Positions 38,711 to 47,603 of a stretch of DNA of 64,000 nucleotides are shown here, in pieces. The position numbers were made by a program, and so were the translations under genes. The stretch lies in IMG/VR virus record IMGVR_UViG_3300046373_000092, positions 1-64,000 of that record, one strand, 5' to 3'. Below the pieces are notes generated by a model that worked only from the letters and a program-made list of their open reading frames with translations, searched no databases and had not been told where the DNA came from. Within the stretch, counting starts at the first letter, position 1. Every line of letters begins with the position of its first letter. This stretch comes from a virus.

Positions 38711-40491
38711 TGAAAGACTTTAAAGATTTAGGATTTCAGGAAGACGATCACTCAGATTTGGGATTCCAAGCTGATGATCACGCACAATCTTCTCCGGCGA
38801 GTGAAGCTCCAGGATATTTAGAATCTTTTGGCAGAGGTGCAGCTCAGGGAGCTAGCATGGGATTTGCAGACGAAGCAACTGCAGGAATTGAGTCACTACT
38901 TACTAATAAAAAATATGAAGATGCTTTAGCAGAGTCTAGAGCTAATTATAAGGCAGCAGAAGAGACCAATCCTAAAATGTCACTAGCGGGTAACTTGACT
39001 GGTGGTGTGGCAGGTGGAGCAGCTCTATCAGCCGCAGCAGCCCCATTAGCAGGTGTTGCCGGAATTAGCAAGGCAGCTCAAGCTATTAGCACTTTAGACA
39101 AGCTTAAAAAGGCTGCAGCACTAGGTGCAGGTATGGGAGCTATTACTTCTGCAGGAACTTCAGAAGAGCCTCTAATGACTCGTCCAGTAGAGTTGGCTAA
39201 AGACGTAGCAACGGGAGCCGCTCTAGGTGGAGTCGGTGGAGCAGTGTTTAGTAAGGCTGGGGATTTGGCTGGTAAAGCCGCTTCAAAGGCACGCGAAATA
39301 GGAGCTATCGATGATATGTTTAGGGCTTTTAACGTGGGCGAAAGAGGTTATAACTATTTTAAGCCTGGAGATATGGAAAAACTCGAAGGAGAAGCTACAG
39401 AAGCTGCAGCTAAAACTAGAGACACTGTTCAACAAAAACTAGCTAACTTTGCAAATGCAAAAAAGCAGATACTAAATACAGCAGAACAACAAGGAAAGAC
39501 GATTGATATTCTTCCTATGTTTAACAAAGCTAAAGTTGAAATAGAAAACTTAACATTAGATGAAATTGGTGCCGCCGACAAAAGGAAGTTACAAAGTGTT
39601 TTAAACGGTCTTCCTCAACAGTTGGATTACCAAAATATTTCTCCATCTCAAGCAGACAGAATTAAGCAGATGTTTTCAAACTACACGTCTTTTGGGGACG
39701 AGTCTTTAAAAACTAAAGAAGCTAAAAAGATCGCTATGGACATGGTTAAAGCCCTGGACGCACAAGTATTAAATTCAGTAGACGACGTAACTACTACTGC
39801 CGCCATCTCAGGAATGCAGCAAGAATTGGGTAACGAAGTAACAGATTACCTAGCTCGTGCTCAGGCTCCTGGACAATCTAGTATGAAGACTGTGAATAAA
39901 GGCTTGAGTGATCTAATGACTACTCAAGAAATACTAGGTCAAGACAGCGGTAATGCTGCTGATAGAATTAAACAAATTCAAAAGCTACGCACCATGCTCG
40001 GACGTACAGCTTCTGAGGGTGACGGCGGTATTACTGCCCGCGAAACAATAAAAGAAACTAAGAAAGTACTCCAGAATATTGCCCCGGAAATTGCTGAGCA
40101 AACAATCGGGAAAGCGGAAGATCTGGCAGACGATCTATATTTAAAGAAGCTTGCCAAAGGACAGATTCAGTCTGGGGTTGGTAGCTTGTGGGGTATTGGT
40201 AACATTGCTTCAGTGGGTGGATCAAACATCGCAGGGAGCGTTTATGGAGCTTCTAAGGGACTTGCCACTCCAGACAGTACAGGCTTTAGAATGATGGCTA
40301 AATATGCTAGCAAAGGCGGAGACAACGCTCTAAGTTCAGCATTAGATAAGATTGCAAATACAGTAGATGATAGTAGACGTAAGGCTATGGTAAACACATT
40401 AATGCAAACTCCGTATTACAGAAAGAAAATTGAAGAAATACAAAACAAACTTGAAGGGATGATGGGCGACGACGATGGATCAAAGAATTAA
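38710..40491 (+). CDS. putative ejection protein
   Basis: RGAAQGASMGFADE motif and Ala/Gly-rich hydrophobic helices. Confidence 0.65.
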   Translation: MKDFKDLGFQEDDHSDLGFQADDHAQSSPASEAPGYLESFGRGAAQGASMGFADEATAGIESLLTNKKYEDALAESRANYKAAEETNPKMSLAGNLTGGVAGGAALSAAAAPLAGVAGISKAAQAISTLDKLKKAAALGAGMGAITSAGTSEEPLMTRPVELAKDVATGAALGGVGGAVFSKAGDLAGKAASKAREIGAIDDMFRAFNVGERGYNYFKPGDMEKLEGEATEAAAKTRDTVQQKLANFANAKKQILNTAEQQGKTIDILPMFNKAKVEIENLTLDEIGAADKRKLQSVLNGLPQQLDYQNISPSQADRIKQMFSNYTSFGDESLKTKEAKKIAMDMVKALDAQVLNSVDDVTTTAAISGMQQELGNEVTDYLARAQAPGQSSMKTVNKGLSDLMTTQEILGQDSGNAADRIKQIQKLRTMLGRTASEGDGGITARETIKETKKVLQNIAPEIAEQTIGKAEDLADDLYLKKLAKGQIQSGVGSLWGIGNIASVGGSNIAGSVYGASKGLATPDSTGFRMMAKYASKGGDNALSSALDKIANTVDDSRRKAMVNTLMQTPYYRKKIEEIQNKLEGMMGDDDGSKN

Positions 40492-40777
40492 TCGACTTGA
40501 AGAGAAGTTAGACACTAAGTTAGATTCTATCGTGGAAAAGCTCCATGATATTAACATAACTTTAATTAGAAACACTGACTCTCTGGAAGTGCACGAAATG
40601 CGCACAGACATCGCCGAAAAGAAGCTTTCTCTTTACGAAGATCGATTAGACCAGCTAGAAGCAAAAGATAAATTGATCACATCAATAGTTACAAAAATTA
40701 TTCCCGGAGTGGCGGCATGTGTAATGTTCGTTTACAAAATGGGGTGGTTTGAAAAATTAATTAAACTTTTTTCTTAA
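40475..40777 (+). CDS. XhlA-like coiled-coil + C-terminal TM protein (holin/lysis-associated?)
   Basis: RINRLEEKLD...HEMR...; one C-terminal hydrophobic helix; last late gene. Confidence 0.55.
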   Translation: MDQRINRLEEKLDTKLDSIVEKLHDINITLIRNTDSLEVHEMRTDIAEKKLSLYEDRLDQLEAKDKLITSIVTKIIPGVAACVMFVYKMGWFEKLIKLFS

Positions 40778-41195
40778 CGTCATCCAGCACGGCAATCATA
40801 AGAGTTTCGAAGTCATTTAACTCAGCATAAGTTGATTCATCTACTGCTTCAATTAAATCAGTTGGATATAACATCTCACCCTTAGCCTTAGCCACCGACA
40901 AGTAGTCCATGTTATTATGATTGTTTCTGTCATAACACTCCTTACGTGTTGCAGCATCTGTGGGATGAATACAGCTCTTCAGGTACTTACCATCTCCTCT
41001 AACGCTGCCTTCTTCCTTTTTGAAGTCCCCAGAATAATATTCTCCGCTAAATCTATTCAGCCAGTCCATTTCGTCCGGCGTCAATTTATCAAGGTAATCG
41101 TAATCAATTTTATCGAATTTAGTTCGAGAATTAACTCTTGGATTTAAAGCTGGGTATTTTGTTGAAGCGCGTTTCTTTTTTTTGTCGGAAGACAT
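40761..41195 (-). CDS. hypothetical protein
   Basis: 144 aa, last gene of the right-arm minus operon. Confidence 0.7.
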   Translation of the reverse strand: MSSDKKKKRASTKYPALNPRVNSRTKFDKIDYDYLDKLTPDEMDWLNRFSGEYYSGDFKKEEGSVRGDGKYLKSCIHPTDAATRKECYDRNNHNNMDYLSVAKAKGEMLYPTDLIEAVDESTYAELNDFETLMIAVLDDVKKKV

Positions 41196-41460
41196 AGGCT
41201 AGGTTTCTCTCTCTGAAGAAGGACGGATTGTTGCAATTAAAAACAACAACAGTTCTTCTGTGATTGGTAGTACCTACAATTATAGCACAAAACGTGCCAA
41301 AGTCAAGCAAATTATCTGACTGTTCGCAATATATTTCATAAAGGCAACGTAAATCAATACTTACCTCTTGTTTTTTAGTTAGGTCGATTCCATGATAGGC
41401 GATGAACTCGTCTAAAGACTGGAATACTGTTTTGGCTAAATCAACTAAAGAGTGTGTCAA
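41131..41460 (-). CDS. hypothetical protein
   Basis: ORF with SD GGAGG before TTG at 41460; start uncertain. Confidence 0.5.
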   Translation of the reverse strand: MTHSLVDLAKTVFQSLDEFIAYHGIDLTKKQEVSIDLRCLYEIYCEQSDNLLDFGTFCAIIVGTTNHRRTVVVFNCNNPSFFRERNLAYVFRQKKETRFNKIPSFKSKS

Positions 41461-41638
41461 TAATACCTCCCGGAGAAACTTCGACGAAATACACGTTTCT
41501 CGTTCCATTTTCAGCCCTGGACCACTCCACAAATTCCTCATTGTACCGCACCGAATAGTATATAATACTATATTTTCTATTTACACAGATGTATACTTTT
41601 GGAATTGGTTTTTCAAATAATCTAGTGAAGAAGCTCAT
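41441..41638 (-). CDS. hypothetical protein
   Basis: SD GGAGG before ATG 41638. Confidence 0.55.
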   Translation of the reverse strand: MSFFTRLFEKPIPKVYICVNRKYSIIYYSVRYNEEFVEWSRAENGTRNVYFVEVSPGGIIDTLFS

Positions 41639-41813
41639 ATAGAAGTCCTCCAAATGCAAACAATTCTGCGCGAACAAGGTACATGCCGTCCCGCCTAAAA
41701 TCTTCAGCGTTCCTTTCATTATGGGTGGAGTAGTTCTGCCAGCAATCAGAATACTTATTTTTATGTGCGTATAGAAAGTGGGAGCGGGACATAAAAATCT
41801 TATAACATTTCAT
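41622..41813 (-). CDS. microprotein family member (divergent)
   Basis: ...AFGGLLYELLH*. Confidence 0.55.
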   Translation of the reverse strand: MKCYKIFMSRSHFLYAHKNKYSDCWQNYSTHNERNAEDFRRDGMYLVRAELFAFGGLLYELLH

Positions 41814-41992
41814 TTGCAAAGTTCCCTAATAAGTTCCGATTTTAGAGTAGCTTCTTTTATAACGAGCCAAGATCCTCTATCTACTATTTTTCTATGTGAA
41901 TAGTTTAACACCAACATGTTATTCCAATTTCTTAAACTGTCCATTAAATTGTTTTTAGTAATTAGTCTATATCTTAATTTATCCTTCGACAT
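41810..41992 (-). CDS. microprotein family member
   Basis: ...ATLKSELIRELCK*. Confidence 0.8.
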   Translation of the reverse strand: MSKDKLRYRLITKNNLMDSLRNWNNMLVLNYSHRKIVDRGSWLVIKEATLKSELIRELCK

Positions 41993-42231
41993 TTTAGATC
42001 CAGGTAAAGTTTGAAAGCCTCTAAGGGGCAATCAGTGCTATATACCAAATCTCCATTCTGCCAGATTTCAGCTTCTTCCGACTCTGAGCAATAGGAAAAT
42101 ACATAGCGCTTATCCTGAGAATAGAACTCGATGGCTCCAATGTCAAGCTTTTTCACTGAACGAGGGGAAAATGATGCTATTAGTTTTTCTCCCGGAGTTC
42201 GGAAGAATCGGTAGTAAAGTTTTTTAAACAT
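41974..42231 (-). CDS. hypothetical protein
   Basis: 85 aa ORF. Confidence 0.6.
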   Translation of the reverse strand: MFKKLYYRFFRTPGEKLIASFSPRSVKKLDIGAIEFYSQDKRYVFSYCSESEEAEIWQNGDLVYSTDCPLEAFKLYLDLKCRRIN

Positions 42232-42254
42232 AGCAAATCCTTTGCAGTGTTAAT

Positions 42255-42509
42255 TTAGTAGCGTGACTTTATTTCTTTTTTAAGTTGCCCTAATTTTAAG
42301 TCTAATTCTTTTAGCGAAAATTCTTTGTCAGCTTCGAAAGAATAGTAGTCCAGAATTGCGTCTTCCGCATCATACCCAATACTGCGGCAAGTCATCGAAG
42401 ATATTTCTGAGATTCTTTTATTTAGAAAAGTAATACTATTTATTAAGTGCATATTGGACATTTCAGATATATTTAAAACTTCTCCACTTTTAGTTTTCCA
42501 AGTACTCAT
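42255..42509 (-). CDS. conserved-type phage hypothetical protein
   Basis: WKTKSG..L.ISEMS..HL.N pattern common in phage small proteins. Confidence 0.65.
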   Translation of the reverse strand: MSTWKTKSGEVLNISEMSNMHLINSITFLNKRISEISSMTCRSIGYDAEDAILDYYSFEADKEFSLKELDLKLGQLKKEIKSRY

Positions 42510-42736
42510 CTTCTCTTTCCTTTTAGTATAACTTTAGATCCAGATTTTTTTAATAGAGGCTTGAAATTCAATATTAAGTAGATTATAAACGAAAGCAACA
42601 AGGCTCCCCAAGACATGGCAGAAATAACCAGTATAGAAGCTAAAGATGCTCCGTCGATGTCGTTGCCCAAAACCCTACTCACGTAAAATGTAAGTATGAT
42701 AAAAGTAAGTATGAACCCAGATAAGTAAATAATCAT
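42506..42736 (-). CDS. two-TM membrane protein (paralog of 43154-43360)
   Basis: IYL.GF.L...SW......K.V(I)L. Confidence 0.7.
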   Translation of the reverse strand: MIIYLSGFILTFIILTFYVSRVLGNDIDGASLASILVISAMSWGALLLSFIIYLILNFKPLLKKSGSKVILKGKRR

Positions 42737-42984
42737 TCTTCCTCTTCCTCAAATTCCTCGTCAATAATTCCAGAAATGACCGCAGGACTAATACCATTAG
42801 TCGGACAGTCTACGGAGCAGCTCCACTCCAGTCTCCCGGTAGGGGCTCCCAAGCTAATGCCCTTTATAAAGTATTCTTTGCAATTGTTAGAATGTACAGG
42901 TTTAAAAACTTCAAATTTACTTACACTAGTCTGATCAAAAGCATATTCTAAAAAATCAATGTAAAGCTTTGTTTTTAGATTCAT
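42733..42984 (-). CDS. hypothetical protein
   Basis: 83 aa, acidic tail. Confidence 0.6.
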   Translation of the reverse strand: MNLKTKLYIDFLEYAFDQTSVSKFEVFKPVHSNNCKEYFIKGISLGAPTGRLEWSCSVDCPTNGISPAVISGIIDEEFEEEEE

Positions 42985-43154
42985 TAAAGGTATCCTATTA
43001 GTTCGTAGTGATTTTTAACTAACTTTTCTACAGTAACTTTATCATCAAGTATCCACTCGTCTGGAGCGCACCATCTATCTTGAGATTCTATGCCGTTTTC
43101 AGTAATTCTAAATATTAGTAAATAATCTGTTACTTCGCTGTAATAAATAGCCAT
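42984..43154 (-). CDS. hypothetical protein (56 aa, not in ORF track)
   Basis: MAIYYSEV...HYELIGYL*; TAATG overlaps at both ends. Confidence 0.65.
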   Translation of the reverse strand: MAIYYSEVTDYLLIFRITENGIESQDRWCAPDEWILDDKVTVEKLVKNHYELIGYL

Positions 43155-43360
43155 TATTTTTTAGCCTTGATAAGTACGATTTTAGAAAGTGCTGATATAT
43201 AATACAATGCAAATACAACCGTTACCCAAGAAAATATCCCTATAAGTATACAAAAAATTAAATTTTTAATAGTTAGATCTTCTTTATCTTCAACTACAGA
43301 GCAAAAAATTGCACTAATTATTGCTAATACAAATCCTATTAAGTAAATAGTTAGTCCCAT
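43154..43360 (-). CDS. two-TM membrane protein
   Basis: hydrophobic; similar to 42506-42736. Confidence 0.7.
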   Translation of the reverse strand: MGLTIYLIGFVLAIISAIFCSVVEDKEDLTIKNLIFCILIGIFSWVTVVFALYYISALSKIVLIKAKK

Positions 43361-43780
43361 CTAAAACTCCAGTCCTAAGGTTAAGCCGATCTTCTTATCT
43401 GTCGTCGCCATTGCCCCGACCACAACATTACTGAAAACTCTCTTAGAAACTATAACACCGTAGTCACGCTGTGTCAAGTCATTAATTGGAACGTAAGCTA
43501 AAGCCTGTAGCGTCAATCCGACTCTGTTCTCCACCACTTTAGAAGACTCTTGTTTAGCCTCTACCACAGTGCGCGTGTCTTCTCTTTCGTGCTCAGTCTC
43601 AGTAATGGTGCCATCTGGTTTAGTGATCTTCTCTCTATAGACGACCTTAGTCTTAGCCTCTTCCTTTACATACTCTTTTTTGACTACTTCAACAGTCTTA
43701 GTTGGCTTTGTGAAATATCCAGCTCCAAAAGCTAAGCCTAGGGCTAATACAGAAAAGATAATTTTATTAGTTGTTGTCAT
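43361..43780 (-). CDS. envelope protein with N-terminal TM and C-terminal amphipathic beta strands (spanin-like?)
   Basis: TM helix, charged linker, ends IGLTLGLEF with terminal Phe. Confidence 0.55.
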   Translation of the reverse strand: MTTTNKIIFSVLALGLAFGAGYFTKPTKTVEVVKKEYVKEEAKTKVVYREKITKPDGTITETEHEREDTRTVVEAKQESSKVVENRVGLTLQALAYVPINDLTQRDYGVIVSKRVFSNVVVGAMATTDKKIGLTLGLEF

Positions 43781-43986
43781 GAGAATAATTCCTTAATTAA
43801 ATTGGAGTGTAGAACTTTGATATTCGCTACAAATATTCCATCGGAGGTAGAGTAATTATCGCTGTAATTTTTAGATTCGCTGTACGCCCTACCCGTGGGT
43901 GCTCCCACGTCTCTGCCCGTGTGATAGACTTGGAAATGCTCTAAGTAGAACCAGTTGAATTGTTTTTTATTCTTATTACTAATCAT
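43777..43986 (-). CDS. microprotein family member
   Basis: MISNKNK...VLHSNLIKELFS*. Confidence 0.8.
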   Translation of the reverse strand: MISNKNKKQFNWFYLEHFQVYHTGRDVGAPTGRAYSESKNYSDNYSTSDGIFVANIKVLHSNLIKELFS

Positions 43987-44000
43987 AAGATTCCAAAGAG

Positions 44001-44021
44001 AAAAGGAGCCTTTCGGCTCCT
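44001..44021 (-). terminator. intrinsic terminator
   Basis: AGGAGCC-GAAA-GGCTCCT-TTT on minus strand. Confidence 0.7.
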
Positions 44022-44028
44022 AGAAGGT

Positions 44029-44961
44029 TTAGTATTTGGGAGTAGAGATTGTCTTAGGACCCCTGAATTCTCTGTTAACGTAGAACATTAATGTTTTGTA
44101 AGCATTGTTTTTCTGAGCAGCAGAAATGATATCGCCAGTTATAGACTTGCCACTAAGGGAATTACTGCCGTCTGATTTTTGAGCAGGAAGATCGTAACCT
44201 ACGCTAGTTAAAATATAAACATCACCAGTAACTACGTTGACGAATCTAATTTGGTATCTCAATACTGAGGTACTTAGTGGACAACTTGACATATCATACT
44301 TTATCTCTAAAGAAATAGGTCCTTCTAAATAATATCTAGATTGTGTAGACTTGATAGAACTTGATAGGTTTGAAGCACAAGACAAGTCCACCACTTTATC
44401 AGCGTATCCGCCCGAGACAGCATAATCCCCAGTAGTCCATAGCTCATTATCATACTGTTTTCTGTAGCTCTCCAGAGTTTGTTTGCCGTTAGTTCTAGCT
44501 ACGACTCCAGAATCCATAGTAGTGATGATTTGTTTTAGATAAGCAATTCTATTATCAATAGACATGCCCTCTCCAAATTCTCCGCCCTCCATTCCAGAAA
44601 CTGGGTGAGACATTAGAACTCCAGTATTAGTGATAAGTCTTTCTCCTGGATTAGCCTGAGCAATTTGAAATCCCATTGAGGCTGAAAAAATGTTTACAGT
44701 CTTAACTGGTTTTTTGTATCCCTTTAGGTACTGAATAAGATCTAATCCGTCGAATACACTTCCGCCGGGAGTGTTTAAAACAAGATAAATAACAGGCTCT
44801 TGATTTGATTCTAGTTTAGCCAGACTTAAGATAGTCTCCGTCACAGAGTTAGCAGAAACTGCATCGTTTAAAGTAACAGTGTTGTTTAAATTTAGGTCAA
44901 TGACCTCAGCACTTAAAGCTGTTACACTAAACAGCAATAGCATTCCCAGGATAAATTTCAT
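44029..44961 (-). CDS. ClpP-like serine protease with signal peptide
   Basis: LNTPGGSVFDG, SASMG (Ser), LMSHP (His), ELW..G..AV..GYAD; N-terminal MKFILGMLLLFSVTALSA. Confidence 0.85.
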   Translation of the reverse strand: MKFILGMLLLFSVTALSAEVIDLNLNNTVTLNDAVSANSVTETILSLAKLESNQEPVIYLVLNTPGGSVFDGLDLIQYLKGYKKPVKTVNIFSASMGFQIAQANPGERLITNTGVLMSHPVSGMEGGEFGEGMSIDNRIAYLKQIITTMDSGVVARTNGKQTLESYRKQYDNELWTTGDYAVSGGYADKVVDLSCASNLSSSIKSTQSRYYLEGPISLEIKYDMSSCPLSTSVLRYQIRFVNVVTGDVYILTSVGYDLPAQKSDGSNSLSGKSITGDIISAAQKNNAYKTLMFYVNREFRGPKTISTPKY

Positions 44962-45227
44962 TAAGACTCCTTGTCTATTTTCTTAGCTCGTCGTGAGCCA
45001 ACTTGCAGGTTTTTTGTGCGAAAAGCAAAGCGCCTTCCAAAATAAAGGAAACAGCTCGAATAAAATACATCAGTAAGCATAGAGGAAGTTTTAACTTCTC
45101 TATCCAAGTAGAGCGCTCTGCCGTTTAAGAAGAGGATAAAGTAGAATGACACCATTACTAAAAACTTAGAGGTGCTGAATTTATCAGTAGCTTCGTCGTG
45201 AGATAAGTATACTAGTAATCTTCTCAT
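44961..45227 (-). CDS. two-TM holin-like protein
   Basis: S.SKFL..TM1...TM2-GRR and basic tail. Confidence 0.5.
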   Translation of the reverse strand: MRRLLVYLSHDEATDKFSTSKFLVMVSFYFILFLNGRALYLDREVKTSSMLTDVFYSSCFLYFGRRFAFRTKNLQVGSRRAKKIDKES

Positions 45228-45369
45228 ACGTGTGCCGCCATATAAAGCCCGATGCCGATAAACATCCAAATGCATCCGTAAGTAGAGTTAAGAGACTCAT
45301 CTTTATTTTTATTCCATTGGTCCAAAAATGCTACGTGTGCAATGTATAGTGCCATAAAAATTATAATGC

Positions 45370-45765
45370 TCATTTCTTTTTCCCTTTTTTAACCTTCTTT
45401 AGTATACTCTTTTTGTTGGGTCGCGTCAAGACCTTTTTTCGACTTCTTGCTAATTCTCTTTCTTCTCGCGTCTTTGCGTCGTGATGCGTTTTGCAGATTA
45501 CTTGGAGCCCAAACACGTCACAAAACAATCTGAGGATAAAGCTGTCGAATCCCTGCCACCCCACGTTAGGATCTACCGCTGGCTCTATATGATCTACTTG
45601 CACGTCCTTGGCACGATGTAACACGTCAGGACCGCAAATGGCACAATGATACAGTCCGCGCTCTACACGAGCAGCTCGCAATGCGTCACCTCGTGCGGGA
45701 GAACGCAGCCAAGCGCGGCGGAGAGTTGAGACGCAGTAGGATTTTAGTTTAGAATCGATAGCCAT
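45370..45765 (-). CDS. HNH endonuclease
   Basis: CAICG, VQVDHIEP, LQVICKTHH. Confidence 0.85.
   Translation of the reverse strand: MAIDSKLKSYCVSTLRRAWLRSPARGDALRAARVERGLYHCAICGPDVLHRAKDVQVDHIEPAVDPNVGWQGFDSFILRLFCDVFGLQVICKTHHDAKTREERELARSRKKVLTRPNKKSILKKVKKGKKK
45401..45429 (-). promoter_or_regulatory. sigma70-type promoter
   Basis: TTGACG-17 bp-TATACT. Confidence 0.6.
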
Positions 45766-45953
45766 TATTTTTTCCTAGTTAGTTCTTTAATTAATTTTGA
45801 GTTTATAGCCCCTTTACAGATATACCATTGATTGGAAGATATATGAAATGACCCATATTTTCCAAACTTCAAAGGACCGAGGCGGGTTAATTCTAGAAGA
45901 TAGTACATGTTTAACCACGTGAAAGAGGGCTTATCTTTATTGCTAATAGCCAT
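45765..45953 (-). CDS. microprotein family member
   Basis: MAISNKDK...AINSKLIKELTRKK*. Confidence 0.8.
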   Translation of the reverse strand: MAISNKDKPSFTWLNMYYLLELTRLGPLKFGKYGSFHISSNQWYICKGAINSKLIKELTRKK

Positions 45954-46128
45954 ATAACTCTCTTAGTAGCTCTGATTTATAGACAGATTCGGAGATAACA
46001 AAACAGTCTTCAAGACACTCATATTTTGAAGATTTATAATTATTAATAAAGCTGTGAGATATTCCTTCCGATAATATTTCCTGATTAGTCCAGTCAAATT
46101 TAAAGTCCTTTTTATTGCTAATTGCCAC
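45943..46128 (-). CDS. microprotein family member
   Basis: MAISNKK...VYKSELLRELYGY*. Confidence 0.8.
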   Translation of the reverse strand: MAISNKKDFKFDWTNQEILSEGISHSFINNYKSSKYECLEDCFVISESVYKSELLRELYGY

Positions 46129-46276
46129 GGAACAACTCCTGAAAAATGTCAGTGCCTAATAGCTGTATTTTGTGGGTTCCTCTACTGTGAGACAGATAGG
46201 CTATCTCATCACCTCCGTATCTAGAGTGAAGTGCTATGTTGAATTGCATAAATTTAGGAGAATAAATAAATTTCAC
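46118..46276 (-). CDS. microprotein family member
   Basis: GTG start; ...LLGTDIFQELFRGN*. Confidence 0.75.
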   Translation of the reverse strand: MKFIYSPKFMQFNIALHSRYGGDEIAYLSHSRGTHKIQLLGTDIFQELFRGN

Positions 46277-46449
46277 GATAATAGTTCCTTGTAAACGGCA
46301 GATCTGAACACATCTAAGTGGAGCACATAGCGAGTTCTCCAAGGACGAGTCCTAGCATAGTCGTAAGTTCCAGACTGGATTAGACCACTGTTAAAAGCTT
46401 GAATTGAATGAACAGGAAAAAACCAAGCATCAGTCTTGTTTATCGCCAT
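46273..46449 (-). CDS. microprotein family member
   Basis: MAINK...VFRSAVYKELLS*. Confidence 0.8.
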   Translation of the reverse strand: MAINKTDAWFFPVHSIQAFNSGLIQSGTYDYARTRPWRTRYVLHLDVFRSAVYKELLS

Positions 46450-46591
46450 TTTCGTTTTCCTTAAAAAAGTCAATCATTTCTTTAGAAAAGTAATCGAGGA
46501 AGATTTCTGTTTCTAAGTCCAGCTCGTCGTCCTGAGGGATCTTGTGGATCATTTTAATTTTAGCGATTAGTTTTTTCTTAAGCTCTTCCAT
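46430..46591 (-). CDS. hypothetical protein (53 aa, not in ORF track)
   Basis: MEELKKKL...NGDKQD*; fills the gap with coupled ends. Confidence 0.55.
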   Translation of the reverse strand: MEELKKKLIAKIKMIHKIPQDDELDLETEIFLDYFSKEMIDFFKENENGDKQD

Positions 46592-46775
46592 ATAGCTCCT
46601 CTAGTAGTGTAGAATATATTACTCGGTGATTTAAAATTATGAATTCATTTTTATACCAGAAAAGCTCGGAAACCGCCTCTTCAAATGTGTAAGATCCGAC
46701 CTTGTAATCTAAATCCAGCAGCCACTCTGCATACATCCAATCAAAAGTATCTGTGTCTTTATTACTTATCGCCAT
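46578..46775 (-). CDS. microprotein family member
   Basis: MAISNKD...VIYSTLLEELYGRA*. Confidence 0.8.
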   Translation of the reverse strand: MAISNKDTDTFDWMYAEWLLDLDYKVGSYTFEEAVSELFWYKNEFIILNHRVIYSTLLEELYGRA

Positions 46776-46956
46776 ACAATTCCTTAAAAATTGGAGTCCT
46801 CAATGTTGCGTAGCGAACTATGAATGTCGGAGGAGTGTGGTGAGTTCCAATTCTATAATGATCCTTTATCTCCTCAAAACTGCCCCGAGCTGGGTGAAGG
46901 GTCCATCCGCCATACCCTTTGTAAAAAAATCTATGTTGAAGCTCCGGTCTTTTCAC
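46762..46956 (-). CDS. microprotein family member
   Basis: ...TLRTPIFKELYGDK*; full-length paralog of 47132-47317. Confidence 0.8.
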   Translation of the reverse strand: MKRPELQHRFFYKGYGGWTLHPARGSFEEIKDHYRIGTHHTPPTFIVRYATLRTPIFKELYGDK

Positions 46957-47135
46957 AACCACAATTCCTTAAATAAATCACTGTGAACAGACTTTAGTCT
47001 GTAGATGTAAACGGGATATACCCAAGGAGTGTATTTATTAATTTTGTAGTATTGTAACCTAGCATGAGATCCATCTATCAATTTATGAAAAGCTTGTTTG
47101 CCAAAATGTCCCAAGACAAATCTATGCCTTTTCAT
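46953..47135 (-). CDS. microprotein family member
   Basis: ...SVHSDLFKELWL*. Confidence 0.8.
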   Translation of the reverse strand: MKRHRFVLGHFGKQAFHKLIDGSHARLQYYKINKYTPWVYPVYIYRLKSVHSDLFKELWL

Positions 47136-47317
47136 TTAAATAACTCCGCAAATATTTCAGCTCTACAGACGCCGGCTCTAACAATGAATGCTGAAACAAA
47201 TGTTGAATAATGAGGATATAATTCTTTAATTTCTTGGTATTTTCCGGAATGAGGATGAAGTCGCCACTTGTTGTAATTATAAAAATAAAGTTTATGAATT
47301 AAGTTAGGTTTTTTCAT
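47132..47317 (-). CDS. microprotein family member
   Basis: ...VCRAEIFAELFK*. Confidence 0.8.
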   Translation of the reverse strand: MKKPNLIHKLYFYNYNKWRLHPHSGKYQEIKELYPHYSTFVSAFIVRAGVCRAEIFAELFK

Positions 47318-47603
47318 TACTAATAGTCTCTCTGTGGTTACAAACTTTGCAAACTCTAAGCTCTCTGTTTCCAGGAATAGGTATCTTTAGGTAAGGTCCT
47401 CTTGCACAGTTAGGGCAAGTTAACTCCTGACGTCGTTCGGACTTCTCTTCCGAAAAGTCGGCAAAAGCTTCTTGCATTTCCTCCAGATTTCTCTGAATAT
47501 TTTGAAGCTGTTTCAGCTCGCGTTTTAAGCGACGATTCTCGCTCTCCAGTTTACGGATTTCTCCACGATAATGTTCAGACTCAGAGCGATCTTTATTTCT
47601 CAA
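47304..47603 (-). CDS. coiled-coil + Zn-ribbon protein
   Basis: heptad N-terminus, CPNC...CKVC. Confidence 0.7.
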   Translation of the reverse strand: MRNKDRSESEHYRGEIRKLESENRRLKRELKQLQNIQRNLEEMQEAFADFSEEKSERRQELTCPNCARGPYLKIPIPGNRELRVCKVCNHRETISNEKT

